64,000 nucleotides of DNA from the NCBI GenBank assembly GCA_048938105.1, contig JBHLMN010000010.1, forward strand, positions 32,001-96,000, written 5' to 3'. Below, piece by piece: positions 19,256 to 28,938 of the stretch. The translations under genes and the position numbers were made by a program. A model generated the notes under the pieces. The model saw only the letters and a list, made by a program, of their open reading frames with translations. It had not been told where the DNA came from and did no database searches. Within the stretch, counting starts at the first letter, position 1. Each line of letters begins with the position of its first letter. The stretch comes from Promethearchaeota archaeon. GTDB taxonomy: Archaea > Asgardarchaeota > Heimdallarchaeia > Hodarchaeales > Hodarchaeaceae.

Positions 19256-20149
19256 CTACTCCTCATTGTTTTCTTCTTTCTTTTTCTTTACAGGGAACGG
19301 TTTTACTCCATAAACACCTACTGGAGGTAAGTTGCCACCTGATCTTCCTTCAGTACCATGTGTGAATCCTGCTATTGGGATATTCGCTGGAATTAGCATG
19401 ATGGTTGCGCCTCCTTCCGTAGCGGCCTCAAACAAGAGATTAATCCACCTTAGCTCCATAGCAGCTGGATTATCTAAGTATTGGTTTGCAGCCTCAATCA
19501 TACCTTTGGCAGCTTCCTTTTCAGCTTGAGAAAGAGTTATACGGGCTCTTCGCTCTCGTTCTGCTTCTGCCTGTCGTGATATAGCTTCTTGTAATCGGCC
19601 TGGAACGACCACATCCCGAATTTCAACAGACATGATCTTTATTCCCCAGTTCTCTGTTTTTTCATCTACTAATTCTTGCATATGATGTGCTATTTTTTCT
19701 CGTTCTGCAAGTACTTCATCAAGTTCCACTTGCCCTGTTACTTCTCGTAAGGTTGTTTGGGCTACCCACTGGGTTGCGGACTGATATTGCTCTACTTCAA
19801 GGATTGTTTTTTCAACATCTATTACCCTGAAGAAAAGCACTGCATCAATCGAGACTGGAACATTATCTCTTGTTAAACTCTGTTCGGAGCGGAAAGAATA
19901 GGTTTGGATACGTGTTGAGATAACTGACGGTATTTTATCTATCCCAGGGATGATCCAAAAGAGTCCTGGCCCTCGAAGCCCAGTATAGCGCCCGAGACGT
20001 AAAACTGGTGCTCGCTCCCACTCTTTTATAATTCTTATTCCACTGAGAAGATAGATAGCAATTAGAATAATGGCAATAATAACTATAATTCCTAGAAACA
20101 CTTCATCTATAGCTTGCCCGAAAAAATTTATTGAACTCACTTCTATCAT
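19256..20149 (-). CDS. SPFH/band 7 (stomatin-like, slipin) membrane protein
   Basis: N-terminal TM, EWERAPVLRLGR, LTRDNV, AQTTLR, QAEAERERRA. Confidence 0.93.
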   Translation of the reverse strand: MIEVSSINFFGQAIDEVFLGIIVIIAIILIAIYLLSGIRIIKEWERAPVLRLGRYTGLRGPGLFWIIPGIDKIPSVISTRIQTYSFRSEQSLTRDNVPVSIDAVLFFRVIDVEKTILEVEQYQSATQWVAQTTLREVTGQVELDEVLAEREKIAHHMQELVDEKTENWGIKIMSVEIRDVVVPGRLQEAISRQAEAERERRARITLSQAEKEAAKGMIEAANQYLDNPAAMELRWINLLFEAATEGGATIMLIPANIPIAGFTHGTEGRSGGNLPPVGVYGVKPFPVKKKKEENNEE

Positions 20150-20313
20150 CTTTTTAGTTGTTTTTATGGTAAACTTCCCGAGTGAAGATAAAAGCAATTC
20201 TTATTTAAATTAATGGTAGTGGAACTTAGTATACCCTCTCTTGAAGTAACTTAAAAAATGGAATATCATAAATAATGGCATGAAATTAAATCTAGGTTGA
20301 AGAAGTTGTTAAA

Positions 20314-20727
20314 ATGTCTTCTAATCAGTTTACAGTTGAATTCTCGATCTTTGGAGATAATAGAGTCGGCCGTGTAACTTTAGTACGGCAATTATCTCCT
20401 AAAACTGTGGCATTAATTCGTTATCAGTTACGACAGCCAATCCAATCGCGTGTAGTTGTTCGTAATGGAGAGGTAGCCATACCATTCAAAATTGGTCGAG
20501 CTGGACCAGAGAAAGCGAAGCGAGATGTCAAGCGAGGGGAAGTAGCCTATTGGCCACAGAGTCAGACACTTATCATTTTTTTGAAAGAGAAACAAGTGGA
20601 TTATCCTGTAAATATTATCGGGACGACAGATGTCGGAAGTTTGAGTTTTTTCGAACAACTTACAATTGGAAAATCTATCAAACTAGAAATGATTAAACCA
20701 GCTGTTGATGAAGATAATTATCTTTGA
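20314..20727 (+). CDS. Cyclophilin-like fold protein (TM1367/DUF369-like)
   Basis: LSPKTV, GEVAYWPQSQTLIIF, PVNIIG. Confidence 0.8.
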   Translation: MSSNQFTVEFSIFGDNRVGRVTLVRQLSPKTVALIRYQLRQPIQSRVVVRNGEVAIPFKIGRAGPEKAKRDVKRGEVAYWPQSQTLIIFLKEKQVDYPVNIIGTTDVGSLSFFEQLTIGKSIKLEMIKPAVDEDNYL

Positions 20728-20733
20728 TTAAAG

Positions 20734-21465
20734 CTATTGCCCGAAAAACAATCGTTCTGCAAGCCGAATTGGTAGCCCTACTCGCTGAATTTCCCGCGCG
20801 ACTTCTCGTATATCGTATTCAACACGAATCCAATCAAGTCGCATCGCGGAATCGGGATCAATTTCTATAATTCCTACTGAGGCTCTTGGATCGTTATCTC
20901 GAGGTTGACCAACAGATCCTGGATTAAAAATGACTTTACCACTTTTCTTACTTTGGTAAATAAATGGAATATGTGTATGTCCAATTACGAGTACATGGTT
21001 CTCCCCGATCATATCCAGTAGCTCATCCTTTCGTTCTTTTGGATCCTCTGGATAAACATAGTCAGCCAAATAATCTTTTGGCGAAGCATGAGTAAGGTAA
21101 ATCTTGACACCACGTTCTTCGATCTTGAGATACTCATTTTTTGCTAAGATTGACAAGAATGTCTTGTTATAGGTTGTTAGCTCGTCAAACGTCCAATGAA
21201 CTGCTTCAACCGCCCATTTTTTAAATCCGTCGGCATTTCCAGTTGCGCAAGCGACATCATGGTTACCAATCACACCGACAAACGACTCTGCAATTTTACA
21301 CATTTCATTGGGATAAGGACCGTATCCTACGATATCTCCTAAACAAATAACATGATCAATATTCTTCCCATAAACTTCTGAGATTTTATCGTGTACAGCA
21401 TAATACGCAGGAAGGTTACTATGAAGATCAGCAATTATTAAGATTCGTAAAGTACGGGTTCCCAT
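20734..21465 (-). CDS. Calcineurin-like metallophosphoesterase
   Basis: DLHSN, LGDIVGYG, GNHD, HASP, GHTH, NPGSVGQPRD. Confidence 0.93.
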   Translation of the reverse strand: MGTRTLRILIIADLHSNLPAYYAVHDKISEVYGKNIDHVICLGDIVGYGPYPNEMCKIAESFVGVIGNHDVACATGNADGFKKWAVEAVHWTFDELTTYNKTFLSILAKNEYLKIEERGVKIYLTHASPKDYLADYVYPEDPKERKDELLDMIGENHVLVIGHTHIPFIYQSKKSGKVIFNPGSVGQPRDNDPRASVGIIEIDPDSAMRLDWIRVEYDIREVAREIQRVGLPIRLAERLFFGQ

Positions 21466-21557
21466 ATAACACCAACAAATAGTTTAGATATGAACCTATT
21501 TAATTTAAGTCCTATATTATTCCTTTTTATAAAAAAGGAGGAAAAGGGAGGAATCGC

Positions 21558-22220
21558 TTAATCTGTGGTTAATATATGAACTTCAACTTCCTTTTCAGTT
21601 AGAGGTTCTTTTTTCCCTAATGCTGAGGTCATAATGTCTAAAACTAATTTCTTTGCAGTTTCTACATCAAGACCGACTTTATATTGTTTTCGTAAAGCAT
21701 CAATCACCCGCTCATTACCGCTACCTGCAGCATAAGCATTTACTGCGAAGAATGAACCACCATTATCAACAAAGAAAAGCTGTGCTTCCTTATCTACTGG
21801 ACTAAATCCAGCAAGAATTAAAGCTGTACCAAAAGGCCTTAATCCACCTGCAATGGTATGTCGAGCCATTAGATCACCCAATCGTGATGCTAATGCACGA
21901 ACAGAAATCTTTTCACCATAAATGAGGCGATGTTGTTGAGCAATAAGTCGAGCTTGCCCAATGAGAAGATTAGAATCAGTAGATAAGCCTGAAGCGACAA
22001 CAAAAAGATTTACATCGATTTCTTGTATCTTGCCTGGCCTAACTACGAGAGGATCAAAAAGTGTTTCACCTGCTAATAATATTGTCTTCTCATCAAGTAT
22101 CATACCGACAGCAGCAGCTCCTCTTTCCGAAGCTTTACGAGCGTAAGAGAGTTGAACCAGCTCTCCATCAGGCGACCAAATAGCCGCACTTTTATCGTAT
22201 GGAACACGAGAATCATACAT
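21558..22220 (-). CDS. psmA: Proteasome alpha-type subunit (short, divergent)
   Basis: YDKSAAIWSPDGELVQLSYA (variant of YDR.IT.FSPDG.L.QVEYA), RPFG. Confidence 0.88.
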   Translation of the reverse strand: MYDSRVPYDKSAAIWSPDGELVQLSYARKASERGAAAVGMILDEKTILLAGETLFDPLVVRPGKIQEIDVNLFVVASGLSTDSNLLIGQARLIAQQHRLIYGEKISVRALASRLGDLMARHTIAGGLRPFGTALILAGFSPVDKEAQLFFVDNGGSFFAVNAYAAGSGNERVIDALRKQYKVGLDVETAKKLVLDIMTSALGKKEPLTEKEVEVHILTTD

Positions 22221-22232
22221 TCATAATTCACC

Positions 22233-22904
22233 TCATAGATCTATATGAATTTCTTCTGCAACTGCCTCTTTAGTGCTGAAGATTAATCCATCAATACCAT
22301 TTCCCGTAGCAATGTCACGGCCGATAGCCATTTTCAACGCATTAATGCCTAGCTCTTTTGCTTTAGCTTTTGTTAAATCTGGTTTCCATGATGCTTCAAG
22401 AACACCCATTGCCAGAAGAGTACCAGACCCAATAGCTATATAATCCTCCTCTGAAAGGGATCCACTCGGATCAAGTACATAAACATGAGACCCACGACGG
22501 TCCACTCCTCCGACAAGGAGTTGAACCCACCACGGGGTATACCTTCTAAAACCCCCATGTATGATTGTAGCCAATAAGCTTGCCGCAACTTTAATACTTG
22601 GTTGAAAATTGTTCTCTAATTCATAGAGACGAAGCTCTGATTTCATTACGTCAATCAAGGTTTGGGCGTCAGAAACTAAGCCAGCGATGCCCATACCTGT
22701 ATATTCATTTAATTTATGCACTTTCTTTGCTCGTTTACTAGCAACGAAAGTTCCTGCTGATGCTCGTCGGTCAGCAACAAGTATCATTCCATCTACATAT
22801 TTTAAAGCGAGACCTGTTGTACCTGTTACAAGTTGCATCTGATTTGGATTTCCAGTATTATACATTGGATTAGTTGGAAAATTCACGTTAAATTTCTCCT
22901 TCAA
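22233..22904 (-). CDS. psmB: Proteasome beta subunit
   Basis: Propeptide then TG|TT, ADRRAS, KKVH, IGSG, RDIATG; start may be ATG 22865. Confidence 0.93.
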   Translation of the reverse strand: MKEKFNVNFPTNPMYNTGNPNQMQLVTGTTGLALKYVDGMILVADRRASAGTFVASKRAKKVHKLNEYTGMGIAGLVSDAQTLIDVMKSELRLYELENNFQPSIKVAASLLATIIHGGFRRYTPWWVQLLVGGVDRRGSHVYVLDPSGSLSEEDYIAIGSGTLLAMGVLEASWKPDLTKAKAKELGINALKMAIGRDIATGNGIDGLIFSTKEAVAEEIHIDL

Positions 22905-23127
22905 TTACATTTTTCTTTTTATATTAAGTTTTTCTGACTTATTTAAGCTTATTTAGCTAAAATAATATATTGACTGGCTTTTAATGGATATTACCAATAG
23001 GCTTTTTTCATATTACCAAATTGTATAAAATTCCATGAAAAATTGTCAATTAATGAAATTACTACAAATTTCATATCATAGCTTGAAAATTCATGGATAA
23101 TCTTGTAAATTTGATAAACTTACTCAT

Positions 23128-26091
23128 TTAGAGTTCCAGTGAGAGTGCTGGTTTTCCAGGCTGAGCTCTAGGAGCTCTGTTTAATGGATCTTCAAAGTCA
23201 TCGATTTCAGCTATATATACAGCGATAGGACATTTGAATACCGTTTCCATATAATCTTTATACCCTTTAACTGCCTCCAGTTCTTTGTAAGATCCCAAGA
23301 AGTCTTGTCGAAAAAATTTTGAATCCCCACGAATGTTTTGCAATTCTTTAGCTATTACTTTCATCTTTGAGGAAAACTTTGGCTTTTTTTTCAATTGTTT
23401 CATGATTTTCCCCATATCAAACGCATCGTCACCCACAATGTCTCGTACAGCTGTGTATAATTCTTGTTTCCACTCTGGTGCAATATAGATAGAGATATTA
23501 GTGGGATTCGTTCTTTTTAGCTCAATGATCGATTGGATATCCTCAATTAGATTATTAATGAAAGACATTTGCCTATTTAATATTGTTCCTTCAGCTGAAA
23601 CGTCTATCGAGGGGATCAAACGCAGAGAACAAAACTCTGAATTACCCATTCGTTGATTTAACTCTTCGCAAATGTGAGGTATCACGGGACTTAAGACAAT
23701 AATCCAGGGATCCATGATTAAACGTAAAGCAGCATGTTTTTCAGACGTTGGAATCCCAACTGATGTTTTTACATAAAATTCAACATCACGCAGCATTAAA
23801 TGAAAACCATGTGAGACATAACCACGTCCGTCAAATGCTTCTATTTGATCAATAGAGTCTCTTAAGTGTTGATGACATGTTGACACAAACGCACGAGTCA
23901 TGAATGATGCAGTTTCCAAATCAAGTTGGTCTGTAGTCGGATTATTAATTATCGAGTTCGCAAGAGTCCAAAACTTTCGTATCCTAGATACAAGAGTTGT
24001 CACCCCTTCTTCAGTCCAATTTAGTACAGTGTCAGCAGAACCAGCTGAAACTAAATAAAGACGCGTCACATCAACAGAATACCTTTTTGGTAAGTGAGCA
24101 ATTGGAATGACATTCCCAGCAGACTTGGACATTTTTTTCCCCTCACGGATTAACATTTCATTTAATGAAAAATTCTTCAACCAATGTTTTTCAGGAAAAA
24201 TCGCAGCATGATGGAATATAGCAAACGATAAATGATTACTTATGTGACCAATAGCTGTATGACGTAGATCATTTGGGTACCAATATTCGAATTCTTCACG
24301 CATACTCTTCAACAGTCTTGAATCAATCTTAGACTCTGTTGAGACTTTTTTGACACTTCCTTTACCTAAAAAGATGAAATCGAATACTGCAGGTATTAAC
24401 TTATCAGAAGTGATTTTATTTTCATGAATTTGGCGAATTATTGTGTAAAATGCCATATAAATTACGCTGTCTGATAAAGACTCAATGATCCATCCTTGAC
24501 CTTTTGTCAGAGGAAATTCTGTTCCTAAACCTCTTTTTCTAACGCATGGTCGGCGATCTAGCCAATTAAAAGTACTTTCAAAAGAACGGCGATATTTCTC
24601 TGGAATTATTGTCATCTGATTTAAAGCGCGCCAAGCAGTTTTTTTCCATTCCATATCACCATAATTCAGGAAATATTGATCGGGGATAACTGCCACTATT
24701 ATTTCGCCGCCACACCTGCAAATTGCTTTCCGTGAGACTTCATAAAAGGAACTGGCACGTCCTTCAGCTTTCAATGTCTCTGCAACTTTATCTTTGGCTA
24801 GTTCAACACGTAATCCCACAAATTCCTCTGTGTTTTCCATCATGATTCCATTATAGAATTCAGTAGAATATATCTCTTGGGTTGCAGATTCTAGTTTTTC
24901 GACATCATTCTGGTTTTTTACATCCATTCTTTCACAGATCTCAACTGCTGGAAATTCACCGTACGATTCCAGAGAAATGAGAGCAATAGGCTTCAGATCT
25001 TTAACTTTTTTCTCTAAGCCTTCATATGGTTCAAGAAGAGAGGGATCTATTTGAAGATCTCTTAATGCAATATAATCGTAAGGCGCATGTGCAGGTACAG
25101 AATATACTACGCCTGATGCATGGTTAGGATCCACAAATGTTGCTGGCAGGATTGGAAGAGGACGATCAGGAACTCGGGGGGCAAAAGCTTCTTGTCCTAT
25201 CAATTCAGATCCAGGAAATTCATCTAAGACGTTTATCTTATGATTCTGATAATGTAGCTTTTTTTCTGCTTCTGAAGAGACAATCCAAACTTCTCCATCT
25301 ATTTCAATTCTTTTGTAGATAGCTGTTGGATTTAACCAGATATTAGTGGCTCCATATATTGTTTCAGGACGAAAAGATGCAGCAACCAAATATTCTTCCC
25401 CTAAGGCGAATTTTAAGCCAACAAATTCTTGAACTTCAACTTTTTCAATATCTGCGTCTTTGATGTCATCTTCACCAACCGCATTCTGACAATTCAAACA
25501 CCATAAGATAGGAAATTCCCCTTTAACAATTAAGTTTTTAGCGATGATATGACTATACTGCCATTCAATGAATTTATTGTATTCTGGGTCTCCAGTAGTG
25601 AATTGCCGATGTGTATCTAAGGAATATCCCATGGCTTTAAAGTCGTTAATCATATTTTTTGCAAAAAACATTGCGACATTCATGGGATTTACAAAGGACT
25701 TTACTATTTCAGAGACTTTTGTATCATCAGTTTCATAAATCTTAACGTAGTCAGTATATTTTTCAACCTCTTTTTTATCTCCTGCTTCAATCTTTGCTGA
25801 AACAGACAGAACTGGTGTTCCAGTTATATGGAAAGCCATTGGCCACAATGTATTATAACCTTGTTGCCGTTTAAACCTAGCAAATAGATCTCCTAACGTA
25901 TACGTCCGAGTATGGCCAACATGGAGAGCTCCTGAAGCATAAGGATAAGCAACTGTAACGAAATATTTTGGTTTTGATTTATCTACAATTGCTTGGAAAA
26001 TATCCTTCTCATCCCATTGTTTCTGCCATTTTCGTTCTACAGATCGTAAGGTTTCAAAGAATTCTTCTATAGATAGCTGCTGTTCACTCAC
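23128..26091 (-). CDS. leuS: Leucine--tRNA ligase (archaeal/eukaryal type)
   Basis: YPYASGALHVGH, RPETIYG editing domain, IESLSDS, KMSKS. Confidence 0.97.
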   Translation of the reverse strand: MSEQQLSIEEFFETLRSVERKWQKQWDEKDIFQAIVDKSKPKYFVTVAYPYASGALHVGHTRTYTLGDLFARFKRQQGYNTLWPMAFHITGTPVLSVSAKIEAGDKKEVEKYTDYVKIYETDDTKVSEIVKSFVNPMNVAMFFAKNMINDFKAMGYSLDTHRQFTTGDPEYNKFIEWQYSHIIAKNLIVKGEFPILWCLNCQNAVGEDDIKDADIEKVEVQEFVGLKFALGEEYLVAASFRPETIYGATNIWLNPTAIYKRIEIDGEVWIVSSEAEKKLHYQNHKINVLDEFPGSELIGQEAFAPRVPDRPLPILPATFVDPNHASGVVYSVPAHAPYDYIALRDLQIDPSLLEPYEGLEKKVKDLKPIALISLESYGEFPAVEICERMDVKNQNDVEKLESATQEIYSTEFYNGIMMENTEEFVGLRVELAKDKVAETLKAEGRASSFYEVSRKAICRCGGEIIVAVIPDQYFLNYGDMEWKKTAWRALNQMTIIPEKYRRSFESTFNWLDRRPCVRKRGLGTEFPLTKGQGWIIESLSDSVIYMAFYTIIRQIHENKITSDKLIPAVFDFIFLGKGSVKKVSTESKIDSRLLKSMREEFEYWYPNDLRHTAIGHISNHLSFAIFHHAAIFPEKHWLKNFSLNEMLIREGKKMSKSAGNVIPIAHLPKRYSVDVTRLYLVSAGSADTVLNWTEEGVTTLVSRIRKFWTLANSIINNPTTDQLDLETASFMTRAFVSTCHQHLRDSIDQIEAFDGRGYVSHGFHLMLRDVEFYVKTSVGIPTSEKHAALRLIMDPWIIVLSPVIPHICEELNQRMGNSEFCSLRLIPSIDVSAEGTILNRQMSFINNLIEDIQSIIELKRTNPTNISIYIAPEWKQELYTAVRDIVGDDAFDMGKIMKQLKKKPKFSSKMKVIAKELQNIRGDSKFFRQDFLGSYKELEAVKGYKDYMETVFKCPIAVYIAEIDDFEDPLNRAPRAQPGKPALSLEL

Positions 26092-26437
26092 TGCATTTCA
26101 CCACATTTCTCATACTTTCTAGTTCCATTCTTATCTGCTTCGCAGCACACAGGCATTAAAGCAGGAGAAATTGAAAAAAAATCTGCAGAGGTTGACTGAA
26201 AACGTTCTCTGAAAAAGTGAAATGAGATTTCATATAGGGAGAACGTAATTCCTCATTATAATTACCTCATCCCTGCACTCCTTTCTTGGTACTTATAAAT
26301 ATTTGGAATACATCAATTGTAGCTTCTATTGAACGATTTTTTTCTCTGAAGTAATACTCCTCACCCATCAAGTACAGAAAAGAGAGAGAAAAAAAAAAGA
26401 AAACTGAAATGAGAATGTAAATCCTTCGTAAAATCAC

Positions 26438-27070
26438 TTAGTTTGCTAATGATGTAGCAGTTTCATTAAAGTTCACTAAGATTTGATAATCCAATAGAAA
26501 CTGTTGAAGAATATGTAAGAATTTATTAACAGCTGCTTTTGACACGTTGTAGGCCATTATTTCAATCTTTGAGGCTGTGATTGATGAAATAAGAATTTTA
26601 GAGTGGTCATCTGCGTGAATCCATTCTAATCGCCCCTTTCCGTTTGTATAGTAATGTCCTATAAATCGAAAATCACCAAAATATTTTCCAGCTAATTTAC
26701 TGATAATACTCTTCACTGGGAAATCACGATCGGTTGAAATAATGGTTAATTCTTGTTTCTTACTCGTATTCAAATTGGAATAGTCTAAGAATAGCTGTTG
26801 TTTATTATAATAATCACGAATCATCTCATAGGAATTACTGTCCAATCCATAACCCCCATCCGGATAACGTTCAATCAATTGATCTTCTTGCAGCCGTTCC
26901 AAAGCACGTGATAACTTCTGTTGATGAACATCCTTTAAAATTCGACGAAGCCCATTAAAACGGAATGAATAGTTTTTTTCTCGCAATGATAATTCTGAGA
27001 GGACATCTCTTTCGAGTCTTGTTAGGTATTCAGGGATAATTTCATCCTCTTCTTTATTTAAATTCTCCAT
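26438..27070 (-). CDS. Hypothetical protein with N-terminal winged-helix
   Basis: FRFNGLRRIL..HQQKLSRALERLQEDQLIER...GGY wHTH pattern; downstream of hsp20. Confidence 0.7.
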   Translation of the reverse strand: MENLNKEEDEIIPEYLTRLERDVLSELSLREKNYSFRFNGLRRILKDVHQQKLSRALERLQEDQLIERYPDGGYGLDSNSYEMIRDYYNKQQLFLDYSNLNTSKKQELTIISTDRDFPVKSIISKLAGKYFGDFRFIGHYYTNGKGRLEWIHADDHSKILISSITASKIEIMAYNVSKAAVNKFLHILQQFLLDYQILVNFNETATSLAN

Positions 27071-27183
27071 TTTTTAACGCTTCCTTCATTTAACGCTTCC
27101 TGATCTTGACAGATCAGTTTTACTTAATATATAAAAAGATAAAGAAAATGGTTAACCAATATCTTTGAATTGAATTGGTCAGC

Positions 27184-27768
27184 CTAGTCAATCTTTACCC
27201 GAAACTTCTTTGATGAGTTCTTAATCTTCTTGCCTCGGATCTCAAGAACTCCATTATTAATGGAACTTTTTATGCTATTCACTTCTATTTTCGAAGGTAG
27301 TATGATCTTTTGATTCAACTCTTTACTCTCTGATTTCCCTGATAGTATAATTTCTGAACCTTCTTCATTTATATCTATTGTCAGATTTTCTTTAGTAAAT
27401 CCTGGTACTTCAGCTATTATTTTCAAATGCTTATCCTCATCAATGAAATCCACAAAATTCTCCTCAGAGGTTGAAGTTGCTTGAAGAAGTGGTTTAGAAA
27501 AAGCTTTAAGCGGGAATTGTACTTCAGGAAGTCCCTGTTTTCGACGATAGTCGTTCAGGTTTCCCCATTGACGAACTTCGGGCCGATAAGCTGTATCAGG
27601 TCCAATACGCATAGAATAACCAAAGGATATTGGCCCATCCTTATGGTACTCTGAAGGACTAGCCTGCATGAGAGAAGCAATCTCTTCTTCGAAAGAATGA
27701 ATCATATCCTCGAAATTAAAATTCCAAATATCATCAAAATATCGTTTTTTACGATTCATATTCATCAC
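27184..27768 (-). CDS. Small heat-shock protein Hsp20 (archaeal type)
   Basis: GPISFGYSMRIGPD..PEVRQWGN, IIAEVPG, NNGVLEI. Confidence 0.93.
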   Translation of the reverse strand: MMNMNRKKRYFDDIWNFNFEDMIHSFEEEIASLMQASPSEYHKDGPISFGYSMRIGPDTAYRPEVRQWGNLNDYRRKQGLPEVQFPLKAFSKPLLQATSTSEENFVDFIDEDKHLKIIAEVPGFTKENLTIDINEEGSEIILSGKSESKELNQKIILPSKIEVNSIKSSINNGVLEIRGKKIKNSSKKFRVKID

Positions 27769-28091
27769 CCTGTTGATTTTTATTCAATATAAAAAATTCA
27801 CATTATGTTTATAAATTTTTTGATATGGGATTGGTTATGATTTCCTATTCTATGGATGTTATAAGATACAAAAAAGCCTTTTCCATCAAAATCAAAACAT
27901 GTGAATAAAAAAATTTCTATACAATTACTCTATGAATAGATAAATTAGCAATAATCCTTTTCATTTACGAAATAGATTTGTACACATCCAAATTTATTGC
28001 GTAAAATTCATTAGAACGGTATATCTTGGGCGTGAGTAGAACAGAGATTAGAGTAAGAAATACATTATTTAAAGTAGGAGCATGTCAACTA

Positions 28092-28937
28092 TTGGTAGAC
28101 TTTATTGTTGCAGTATTAATGGCCATTTTTCAAGGAATTACTGAATGGCTTCCTATCAGTTCTGAAGGACAATTATCTTTACTTTTTGTCAATCTTTACG
28201 GTATAAGCGAACTAGAAGCTGTTACACTGGCATTGCTGCTGCATGTTGGTACAATGATTTCCGTTCTGTGGGTATTTCGATCTGATTTTAGAGACATGGT
28301 CGATGTAAAAACTAAAATTGCTAGAGTGACTCTCATAGCGACTTTAGGGACTGCTGTGACCGCCATTCCTATCATACTGATCTTTAAAAATTTTTGGAAC
28401 ACATGGAGTGAAGCCTTTCCAATTCCACCTAATATCCTGTTCACAATATTTATTGGAATTCTTTTAATCTTAACTGGATTGATTCTCGCCAATCAACCAG
28501 AACAGGGTATCCGTGAACTGAATTCTATCACGCAGAAAGAAGCTTTTTTACTTGGAATGGCTCAAGGGATTTCAGCATTACCTGGCATTAGTCGGAGTGG
28601 TATGACAATCACTATTTTACTAATCATTGGATTGACTCAACGCGAAGCCTTACGTGTAAGTTTTATCATCTCAGTTCCAGCAGTACTAGGTGCAACGGTA
28701 CTAGAATTCTTTTTAACTGGGTTTACAATCCATACTGATGCACTCCGAATTGGAGATATCATATTCCCTTATTTATTACTTATTTTCACAATTATTTTGA
28801 CTGCTATCATTGGAATAGTCACAATGAAAAGTTTGTTGCAACTTAAAAACGTGCCTTATGATAAATTTTGTATAATATTTGGTACTAGTACTATTCTCCT
28901 TGCTATGTTGCTATTAATCATTCAGGTTGTGGTTTAA
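28092..28937 (+). CDS. uppP: Undecaprenyl-diphosphate phosphatase BacA/UppP family
   Basis: QGITEWLPISSEG, LHVGT, PGISRSGMT; TTG 28092 with AGGAG upstream. Confidence 0.9.
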   Translation: MVDFIVAVLMAIFQGITEWLPISSEGQLSLLFVNLYGISELEAVTLALLLHVGTMISVLWVFRSDFRDMVDVKTKIARVTLIATLGTAVTAIPIILIFKNFWNTWSEAFPIPPNILFTIFIGILLILTGLILANQPEQGIRELNSITQKEAFLLGMAQGISALPGISRSGMTITILLIIGLTQREALRVSFIISVPAVLGATVLEFFLTGFTIHTDALRIGDIIFPYLLLIFTIILTAIIGIVTMKSLLQLKNVPYDKFCIIFGTSTILLAMLLLIIQVVV

Positions 28938-28938
28938 T

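Noticed and set aside
20734-21465. Vps29 (retromer) homologue
   Set aside because: Full catalytic motif set and NPGSVGQPRD match ordinary prokaryotic metallophosphoesterases; nothing specifically Vps29-like seen
26092-26300. T-box/attenuator or leader peptide upstream of leuS
   Set aside because: No T-box consensus seen; only very short ORFs without a convincing Leu-run/terminator arrangement
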